A DNA stretch of 13,425 bases from Myxococcota bacterium (GTDB taxonomy: Bacteria; Myxococcota_A; Polyangia; Polyangiales; Sandaracinaceae), in NCBI GenBank assembly GCA_036149055.1, contig JAYZQJ010000180.1:1-13425 (forward strand), in the 5' to 3' direction. Position 1 is the stretch's first letter; the number at the start of each line of letters is the position of its first letter. Of the stretch, positions 1-11,840 are shown piece after piece. A program made the translations under genes and the position numbers. Under the pieces are notes generated by a model, which worked only from the letters and a program-made list of their open reading frames with translations, searched no databases and was not told where the DNA came from.

Positions 1-227
1 CGGGACCTCGCTCCGCTCGGCCCCGACCCCAGCGCGGGGCGCTGGGTCCCCTGCGGCTCGCGCTCGCGCTGCGCGCGAGCTGGCCGCCTGTCCTTGCTGG
101 GCAGGGGCGGGTCCGCCCCAGCCCCCCCGCTGCCCACTCCGGGACCTCGCTCCGCTCGGCCCCGACCCCAGCGCGGGGCGCTGGGTCCCCTGCGGCTCGC
201 GCTCGCGCTGCGCGCTCACTGGCCGCC
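1..227. repeat. Two direct copies of a structured REP-like element (139-bp period)
   Basis: 1-76 is identical to 140-215, and similarity extends to 88/227 (gagcTGGCCGCC vs tcacTGGCCGCC). Internal hairpins: cccagcgc-ggg-gcgctggg (28-46), gctcgcgc-tgc-gcgcgagc (62-80), and ggggcg-ggtc-cgcccc (104-119) in the linker. The first copy may be cut by the window edge. Confidence 0.9.
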
Positions 228-253
228 CGCTGCCGCGGGATCGAGCTCGTCGC

Positions 254-367
254 CTCCGACTCTGACTCCGACTCCGACTCCGACTCCGACTCTGACTCCG
301 AGTCCGACTCCGACTCCGACTCCGACTCCGACTCCGACTCCGACTCCGACTCCGACTCTGACTCCGA
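254..367. repeat. Hexanucleotide microsatellite (CTCCGA)19
   Basis: 114 bp of 19 contiguous units: 15 CTCCGA, 3 CTCTGA (260, 290, 356) and 1 GTCCGA (302). Confidence 0.97.
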
Positions 368-498
368 GGGACGACAGCGTCGCAGCGGCAGGCGCGGCCA
401 TTCCTCCTCGCCTCCCCCCTCCCATCTCCCTTTGTTCGGCGACGACGAAGCGACTCGATGGGTCGGCGAGGCCGCGCTGGACGGGCCGCTCTCGGGGG

Positions 499-5796
<5,298 letters not shown>

Positions 5797-5817
5797 GTTT
5801 GCTAGCTTTCGAAGCGC
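5797..5817. promoter_or_regulatory. Candidate overlapping divergent -10 elements
   Basis: A locally AT-richer 21-bp gap separates the divergent starts. TAGCTT (5803-5808, +) overlaps AAAGCT (5809-5804, -), and the latter lies 7 nt before the uvrA ATG. Confidence 0.4.
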
Positions 5818-6900
5818 GTGAATCGCATGGAACGCTCTGCCCCTCCCCGCTCGGCACGGCGCTGCTGGGTCCTGGTTATGACGCTGGTTTGGGGCTTGTC
5901 CACCGTCGCGGCGGCGCAGGGCCGACCGGACGCGATCGAGCGACTCCTGGCTAGGGCCGCCCAGCTCGAGGAGCGAGGTCGCGGCGCCGCCGCCGAGCGG
6001 CTGAGGCTGCGGGCCCTAGAGCGCGCCGCGCCGGACGATGGCCGCCCCGCCCTCGCCCTGGCGGCGGCGCTGCCGACCGATCCGCGGTCGCCGCGCACAC
6101 TCTCCTCGGAGGCCCGCGAGGCCGCGGGCCGGATCGCCGACGCCCTCGACGCCTTCGCCTCGGAGGCGCCCCGGCACGAGCGGCGGGCGGAGGCGGATCG
6201 GCTCCGGGCCTGGGCGCGCGCGCTCGCCGGCGAGCTCGAGCGCGCGGTCGAGCAGGCCTCGGGCGCGGCCGGGCTCCAGGATCGCGCGAGCGCCGAGCTG
6301 CTGCGGCGGCTGGCCACCAGCGCCGCGCTCGAGGATCGGCTCGCGGTCGCCCAGCGCGCGCTCGAGGCCGCCCACCGCGCCTGGCCGCAGGACAACGCGA
6401 TCCTCTCGGAGCTGGGCGCGGTCGCGCTCGCTCGGGGCGCGCCCACCGTCGCGATCGAGCACTTCCAGCGCGTCCTCGGGCGACGCCCCACCGACCTCGC
6501 CGCCCGCCGCGATCTCGCGGGCGCCCTGGTCGCCGCCGGTCGCGCGGACGGCGCCGCGGCGCTGCTGAGCCGGGCGGTGGCCGCGCACCCCGAGGACCTG
6601 AACCTCCGGCTGGAGCTCGCGCACGCCGCGCTCGAGGCGGGAGACGCCGCCCTGGCCGAGCGGGCCGCCCGCGCCGCCGCCGAGCGCCTCCCGGGCGACG
6701 ACGCCCGCGCGCACGCCGTGCTCGGCAGCGCCCTCGCCGCCGCGCGGAGGCCGGCCGAGGCGCGGGCCGCCTTCCGCGAGGCGCTCCGCCGCGACGACCG
6801 CGACCTCCGCGCCCGCCAGGGCCTCGCCGCGCTCGACGGCGCCGAGCCGCCCTCGCCTCCCCTCGCTCCGTCGCCCGCGCGCGCGCTCGACGCGCCCTGA
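5818..6900 (+). CDS. Exported tetratricopeptide-repeat (TPR) protein
   Basis: Signal-peptide-like N-terminus ([24 protein letters not shown]) followed by helical repeats with TPR spacing (..[68 protein letters not shown]...[10 protein letters not shown]). The start is uncertain: GTG 5818, ATG 5827 or ATG 5878. Confidence 0.82.
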   Translation: MNRMERSAPPRSARRCWVLVMTLVWGLSTVAAAQGRPDAIERLLARAAQLEERGRGAAAERLRLRALERAAPDDGRPALALAAALPTDPRSPRTLSSEAREAAGRIADALDAFASEAPRHERRAEADRLRAWARALAGELERAVEQASGAAGLQDRASAELLRRLATSAALEDRLAVAQRALEAAHRAWPQDNAILSELGAVALARGAPTVAIEHFQRVLGRRPTDLAARRDLAGALVAAGRADGAAALLSRAVAAHPEDLNLRLELAHAALEAGDAALAERAARAAAERLPGDDARAHAVLGSALAAARRPAEARAAFREALRRDDRDLRARQGLAALDGAEPPSPPLAPSPARALDAP

Positions 6901-6936
6901 ACACGCGCCGCGCTCGCGAGCCCCGGCGCGGGGGGT

Positions 6937-6949
6937 TACTCTGAACCCC
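6937..6949 (+). promoter_or_regulatory. Candidate -10 box (TACTCT) for a leaderless transcript
   Basis: TANNNT at 6937-6942, then 7 nt to GTG 6950. The box sits within the inverted repeat ggggtt-actctg-aacccc (6932-6949). Confidence 0.5.
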
Positions 6950-7960
6950 GTGCCTCGCTCGACCGCGCTGCTCGCCCTCGCCCTGGCGCTCACCCCGGCG
7001 CTCGCGTCCGCGCAGGCGGGTCGGGGCCTCGCCGCCCCCGGCGCCCCCGAGCGCGCGCCGCAGGCGGAGCCGGCGCCCTCGGCCTCGTCGCGTGGGGAGG
7101 TCGAGGCGGGCGTGGACGCGGGCGACGTGGACGTGGACGTGGCCGACGTCGACGTGCCGGCCCCTCCCGGCGCCCCCGAGGAGGAGGCCGAGCTCCGCTA
7201 CCCGGTGCCCGACGAGGACGAGCCGCTGCCGAGCGTCGGCGCCAGCGACGAGGAGCCTTCGGTGCGCATCCCCAGCCGGGTGACGACGCGCCTCCGGGCG
7301 CTCGACGCGAACCTGCGCGCGCTGGCGGCCCGCGGCGGCGCCAACGTCGTCAACGCGGTGCTCTCCTTCGTGACCGCGGGCCTCACCATCACCCTCGGCG
7401 CGCTCTCCGAGCCTGCGGACGACGCGCTCTCCATCTACCTCTACGTCTACGGCGGCGCGATGGCGGCGCGCGGCGTGCTCGACCTGGTGCTCACGCCCAA
7501 CGCGCAGGGCGCCTCGATCACGTATCAGCACATGCCGATGGGCGACCACGCCGAGGTCCAGGCCCGCCTCGACTACGGTGAGGCGCAGCTGCGCTCGCTC
7601 GCCGAGCAGAGCCTCACCGCGCGCATCCTCGACGCGAGCCTGAACATGGCGGCGGGCGTCGCGGTGATCCCGATCTACCTCGCGGCGAGCGACCTGCGGT
7701 TCGACCAGCCGCTCGACTACTTCATCCTCATCGGGGCCGCGGTCGGCGTGGTCAGCGGCATCATCACGCTCGCGTCGACCTCGCCGGCGGAGCAGCGCTG
7801 GAGCGCCTACCAGGAGCTGAAGGAGCGACTGGAGCGCGAGGCCGAAGAGGAGGAGAGCGCCGCCCTGGCCCCGATCCCGTCTGCCGTCGCCCCGCGCCTG
7901 GCGTTCGATCTCGCGCCCACCCTCGGCGGCGGCTACGGCGCGCTCTCGGTCGCGTTCTGA
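6950..7960 (+). CDS. Hypothetical exported/membrane protein, 336 aa
   Basis: Signal peptide (MPRSTALLALALALTPALASA|Q), an acidic Pro-rich linker, four hydrophobic segments arranged as two similar hairpins, and a C-terminal RLAFDLAPTLGGGYGALSVAF. GC-rich third codon positions support this frame. Confidence 0.85.
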   Translation: MPRSTALLALALALTPALASAQAGRGLAAPGAPERAPQAEPAPSASSRGEVEAGVDAGDVDVDVADVDVPAPPGAPEEEAELRYPVPDEDEPLPSVGASDEEPSVRIPSRVTTRLRALDANLRALAARGGANVVNAVLSFVTAGLTITLGALSEPADDALSIYLYVYGGAMAARGVLDLVLTPNAQGASITYQHMPMGDHAEVQARLDYGEAQLRSLAEQSLTARILDASLNMAAGVAVIPIYLAASDLRFDQPLDYFILIGAAVGVVSGIITLASTSPAEQRWSAYQELKERLEREAEEEESAALAPIPSAVAPRLAFDLAPTLGGGYGALSVAF

Positions 7961-7963
7961 AGC

Positions 7964-8896
7964 TCAGCGACACTCGCTCGGCAGGCACACCCAGCGGTCG
8001 GGGCCGGCGCCGGTGGGGTGCGGCGCGCGCTCGCAGCCGTAGCCGTCGCGGCAGCCGTCCCGGAAGAGCGTGAAGTCGCAGCGGGCGAGGCATCGGCGCG
8101 CGCCGCCCATGTCGACGCAGGCGGTGAACGCGTTGGCGCCCGAGCGGTCGGGGCAGGAGGTCTCACAGGGCTCGGTGCACGCGCCGCCGGGCCAGCCCTC
8201 GGCCTCGGTGAGGCAGGTGCGCCCGTCGCAGTCCGCGCTGCTCTCGCAGGCCCCGCCGATGAAGCCGTCGAGGAAACGCGACGGGTCGGCGAGCGAGGCG
8301 TCACAGGGCCCGAGCGGGTTGTCGCCGCCGACCGGCGCCGCGCGGACGCCGAGGCGATCCGACCAGCTCGCGGCGTCGACCCCGAAGAGGTGCATCGCGG
8401 CCAGCGGGCTCACGTCGACGATCGGCGCCGCCGCGGCCTCCTCCTCGCAGACGTGCGGTCCCTCGTCCGCGATCTCGACGATGGCGCAGCGCGCCCGGGC
8501 CTCGTCCACGACCCGGAGCCGCTGCCCGCACCGGAAGCGCTGCGCCCCCGCCGCGTACCACCAGCTCCCGTCCGCGCTCATCGCCCCCTCGCAGCTCACC
8601 GCGCCGTCCTCGAAGCTCGTGAAACGGTAGGACTGATCGACCGGCAGCCGCTCGTCGGTCCGCGGCCCGACCCGCATCGCGCAGGCGAGCACGCCCTCCC
8701 CGTCCGGCCCCATGGTGTCGACCGGCTCCCAGCCCGGCAGCGTCGGAGGCGCGCACCCCGCGTCCGGATCCGGCGCCCCCGCGTCGGTCGCCGCGTCGGT
8801 CTCCGCCACCGCGCCGTCCTCACGCGCGTCGATCACCAGCGGCCCGGTCCCGCACCCGACGAGCGCCAAGCCGAGCAGTCCACGAATCACTCTCAT
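7964..8896 (-). CDS. Lipoprotein with RlpA-like double-psi beta-barrel domain and Cys-rich C-terminal domain, 310 aa
   Basis: Start revised to ATG 8896, giving MRVIRGLLGLALVG|C (lipobox). The motifs CGQRLRV..CAIVEIADEGP..IVDVSPLAA match the RlpA/DPBB pattern (V.I.DRGP..IDLS..AA). The C-terminal ~100 aa is rich in Cys (GFIGGAC...C...GWPGGACTEPC...WVCLP). Confidence 0.8.
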   Translation of the reverse strand: MRVIRGLLGLALVGCGTGPLVIDAREDGAVAETDAATDAGAPDPDAGCAPPTLPGWEPVDTMGPDGEGVLACAMRVGPRTDERLPVDQSYRFTSFEDGAVSCEGAMSADGSWWYAAGAQRFRCGQRLRVVDEARARCAIVEIADEGPHVCEEEAAAAPIVDVSPLAAMHLFGVDAASWSDRLGVRAAPVGGDNPLGPCDASLADPSRFLDGFIGGACESSADCDGRTCLTEAEGWPGGACTEPCETSCPDRSGANAFTACVDMGGARRCLARCDFTLFRDGCRDGYGCERAPHPTGAGPDRWVCLPSECR

Positions 8897-8909
8897 CGGA
8901 GGGAGACTA
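8897..8909 (-). promoter_or_regulatory. Candidate -10 box (TAGTCT) for a leaderless transcript
   Basis: The minus strand reads TAGTCT-ccctccg-ATG, with a 7-nt spacer and no Shine-Dalgarno. Confidence 0.55.
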
Positions 8910-8938
8910 CAAGAACGCCCCGCCCGGAGCCCTCGCCC

Positions 8939-8971
8939 GGACACCGACACCGCCAGGACACCGACAGCCAG
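8939..8971. repeat. Short direct repeat GGACACCGACA x2 in a divergent intergenic region
   Basis: Copies at 8939-8949 and 8956-8966 (17-bp period), each followed closely by GCCAG. Confidence 0.7.
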
Positions 8972-9012
8972 AGCGAGGTGGCGGTCCGTGGGGCGGGCGT
9001 AGATCCCGGACG

Positions 9013-10509
9013 ATGCCCCTGATCACCCCCGAGGAGCGCGTGGGGACCACGCTCGACGGCCGGTATCGGGTCGAGGCCGTGCTCGGGCGCGGGGGGATGG
9101 GGGCGGTGCTCCGGGGGCGGCACGTGCACACCGGGCGGGAGGTCGCGATCAAGCTGCTCCTGCCGGAGCACGCGCGGGACGCGGAGCTGCTCGCGCGGTT
9201 CTTCCAGGAGGCGCGCTCGGCGGCGTCGCTCGCGCACCCGAACGTGGTGGACACGCTCGACATGGACGTCGAGCCGGAGAGCGGCCAGCCGTACCTGGTG
9301 CTCGAGCTGCTCGACGGGCAGGACCTCGCGGCGCGGCTCGAGGCCCAGGGGCCGATGACGCCGGGCGCGCTCCTCGCGGTCGCGCTGCCGGTGATGGACG
9401 CGCTGGCCGCCGCGCACGAGCGGGGCGTCGTGCACCGCGACCTCAAGCCGGAGAACCTCTTCCTCGCCCACGACGCCCGGGGACGCGTCGTGCCCAAGGT
9501 GCTCGACTTCGGCATCGCCAAGCTCCTCGAGGGAGAGAACGCGGTGCACACCGTCACCGGCGGCGTGCTCGGGACCCCGCACTTCATGTCGCCCGAGCAG
9601 GCGATGGGCGGCCCGGCGCTCGGGGCGCAGAGCGACGTCTGGTCGATGGGCGCGGTGATGTACGTCGCCTTGACCGGCCAGCACCCCTTCGAGGCGGAGA
9701 CCCTGCCGGGGCTCGTCACCAAGGTCTGCACCGAGGATCCCACGCCGATCGCCTCGCTCCGCCCGGACGTGCCCGCGCCGATCGCCGACGCGGTGCACCG
9801 GGCGCTGCAGCGGGACCTCGACGCACGCTGGCCTTCGATGGAGGCGTTCGGCGCCGGCCTCGTGGCCGCCGCCGACGCCGCCGGGGTCACGCTCGCGCCC
9901 GGCCACCGGGAGCTCTTCCTCGGGCTGGCCGCCACCCGCACCGGGCGGATCCCGAGCGCGCAGGTGGCGCTCCCCCGGCGACGGAGGCGTCGGAGCGCGC
10001 GCCGCGTGTGGCCGTGGATCGCCGGAGGCGCGCTGCTGCTCCCGCTCGTCGCGCTCGCGCTGCTCGCCGTCCCGGACGACGAGGCCGCGCGCGCGCCGCC
10101 CGCCGCTCGAGCCCCCGCCGCGACCCCGGTGCTGCCCGTCGGCGTGGATCCACCCACCCCCGCCGCCTCGAGTCAGCCGCGGGCCGAGCCGCTGGCGACG
10201 ACGACTCCGCCCGCCCCTCGGCCCCCGACCGAGCCCCTGACCGACGCGCCGGCGCGGGCGCTGCGCCTCGAGAGCGAGCCTCCGGGGGCGCAGGTCGCGA
10301 GCGGCGACCAGGTCCTCGGCCACACCCCGCTGCGCGTCGCGCTCCCGGGCGGCGCGCCGCGCGGCCTCCGGGTCACCGCCCCCGGTCACGAGCCCTTGCA
10401 CGTCGAGATCGGCCCCCACTCTCCGGACCCCCTCCTGGTGCGCTTGCGGCCCCGGCGCGAGCGCGTACGTCGCCCCCGGAGGCGGGGGGAGCCGCTGGTG
10501 CCTCGGTGA
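9013..10509 (+). CDS. Hanks-type Ser/Thr protein kinase with one TM helix and a C-terminal PEGA-like domain
   Basis: Kinase motifs GRGGMGAV, VAIK, HPNVV, HRDLKPEN, DFG, GTPHFMSPE and SDVWSMG. An Arg cluster precedes the TM segment (WPWIAGGALLLPLVALALLAV), followed by a Pro/Ala linker and LRLESEPPGAQV...LGHTP...APGH (PEGA-like). Confidence 0.95.
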   Translation: MPLITPEERVGTTLDGRYRVEAVLGRGGMGAVLRGRHVHTGREVAIKLLLPEHARDAELLARFFQEARSAASLAHPNVVDTLDMDVEPESGQPYLVLELLDGQDLAARLEAQGPMTPGALLAVALPVMDALAAAHERGVVHRDLKPENLFLAHDARGRVVPKVLDFGIAKLLEGENAVHTVTGGVLGTPHFMSPEQAMGGPALGAQSDVWSMGAVMYVALTGQHPFEAETLPGLVTKVCTEDPTPIASLRPDVPAPIADAVHRALQRDLDARWPSMEAFGAGLVAAADAAGVTLAPGHRELFLGLAATRTGRIPSAQVALPRRRRRRSARRVWPWIAGGALLLPLVALALLAVPDDEAARAPPAARAPAATPVLPVGVDPPTPAASSQPRAEPLATTTPPAPRPPTEPLTDAPARALRLESEPPGAQVASGDQVLGHTPLRVALPGGAPRGLRVTAPGHEPLHVEIGPHSPDPLLVRLRPRRERVRRPRRRGEPLVPR

Positions 10510-10556
10510 AGCCGCCGAGGTGAGCGGCATGAGCGCGCCTCCGAAGGGGGGATGCC

Positions 10557-11840
10557 ATGCGGCGCGCTGCGCTGTGCGGGCTCTTGTGCGCGGGCGTCGG
10601 AGCGCTCGCCTTCGCGTCGACGGCGCGCGCCGATCGCGCCGCCGAGGCCCGCTTCCACGACGAGGCGGCGCGCCGGCACTACGACGCCGGCCGCTACGAC
10701 GCCGCCGTGCGGGAGTTCATGATCGGGCAGCGCATCGCGCCCAACCCGAACACGCTGCTCAACATCGCCTTCTGCTTCCGCGCGCTCGAGCGGAACGAGG
10801 AGGCGTACATGTACTTCGCCGAGTTCCTCGACGCGGACACCGAGCACCCCGAGCGGCGGGCCCGGGCGGAGGAGGCGCTCCAGGAGCTCACCCCACGGGT
10901 GGCGCTCGTGCGAATCGAGAGTGATCCGAGCGGGGCCGACATCTACGTGGACCGGGCCGAGCTCGGCCGCTACGGCCAGACGCCGCGGGTGCTCGCGCTC
11001 ACGCCCGGCGAGCACCGGGTCTGGGTCGAGCGCGAGGGGCACCGGCCGGCGGCCTCGGTCGTGACGCTCGAGCGAGGCCGGACCGTCACCGTGACCCTCG
11101 AGCCCCCGGCCATCGTCGGCCGGCTGCGGCTCACCGCCAGCGCGCCGGCGCGGGTGCGGGTGATCGGCCCGAGCGGCGTCGTCTGGGAGGGCGAGAGCCC
11201 GGTCGACGCGGAGCTGCCGGCCGGCCACTACGAGGTGCGCGCGGTGTCGGGGCGCGATCGCTGGAGCGAGGCCCTCACCGTGCCGGCCGACGGCGTCGCC
11301 AGCGCGCACGCCGAGCTGACCGGGCCCACCGGCGAGCTCTCGGTCATCGCCAACCACCCCGGCGCCCAGATCCGCATCGACGGGGAGGAGTGGGGGTACG
11401 CGCCGCAGGTGCTCGGCCGGGTCCCGGTCGGCACCCACCAGCTCGAGCTGCGCCTCGACGGCATGCGGCCCTACGCGGGCGAGATCGAGATCACCGAAGA
11501 CGCGCGCAGCTGGGCGCGGGTCTCGCTCAGCCCGGCCCCGCGCGGGCCCTTCACCGAGGACACCGTGACCGCAGGCGCGCTCGCCCTGGCCCTGCTCGGC
11601 GCCGCCGGCGTGTTCACCGCGATGACGGTGCAATCGCACGATCAGCTGACGACATCGCAGCAGTCGGGGCGCTCGTACCTCGACTCGCTCGACGAGACGA
11701 ACCGCTTCGCGGTGACCGCGGACCTCCTCTGGCTGGCCGGGGGCGCCGCCGCCCTGACGACGCTCGTGCTCGTCTTCATCCACGTGTTCGAGGACACGGG
11801 GCCGAGCACGGCGCTCCTGTCCGACGAGGAGGCGCCGTGA
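10557..11840 (+). CDS. Exported TPR + PEGA-domain protein with C-terminal hydrophobic hairpin
   Basis: Signal peptide (..AFASTARA|D), a TPR pair (YDAGRYDAAVREF..PNTLLNIAFCFRAL..EEA...F.EFL), PEGA domains (VRIESDPSGADIYVD..GQTP..PGEH; LSVIANHPGAQIRIDG..G.AP..VGTH) with a degenerate one between them, and two Gly/Ala-rich hydrophobic segments at the C-terminus. A G-rich RBS-like run lies upstream. Confidence 0.9.
   Translation: MRRAALCGLLCAGVGALAFASTARADRAAEARFHDEAARRHYDAGRYDAAVREFMIGQRIAPNPNTLLNIAFCFRALERNEEAYMYFAEFLDADTEHPERRARAEEALQELTPRVALVRIESDPSGADIYVDRAELGRYGQTPRVLALTPGEHRVWVEREGHRPAASVVTLERGRTVTVTLEPPAIVGRLRLTASAPARVRVIGPSGVVWEGESPVDAELPAGHYEVRAVSGRDRWSEALTVPADGVASAHAELTGPTGELSVIANHPGAQIRIDGEEWGYAPQVLGRVPVGTHQLELRLDGMRPYAGEIEITEDARSWARVSLSPAPRGPFTEDTVTAGALALALLGAAGVFTAMTVQSHDQLTTSQQSGRSYLDSLDETNRFAVTADLLWLAGGAAALTTLVLVFIHVFEDTGPSTALLSDEEAP

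Noticed and set aside
5797..5880. LexA/SOS box upstream of uvrA
   Set aside because: I see no convincing match to the E. coli, Gram-positive or Myxococcus-type boxes. CTGAAC half-sites occur only at 6897 and 6941, far from uvrA.
8897..8950. Upstream GTG start for the RlpA-like lipoprotein
   Set aside because: ATG 8896 gives a normal-length lipoprotein signal and has a -10-like box at leaderless spacing.
10538..10550. Small hairpin cctcc-gaa-ggggg over the RBS region of the PEGA gene
   Set aside because: A 5-bp stem with a wobble is expected by chance at this GC content.
11390..11836. N-terminal extension of the 623-aa ORF
   Set aside because: It overlaps the PEGA gene and is Arg-rich junk. 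The SD, GTGA coupling and lipobox place the start at 11837.
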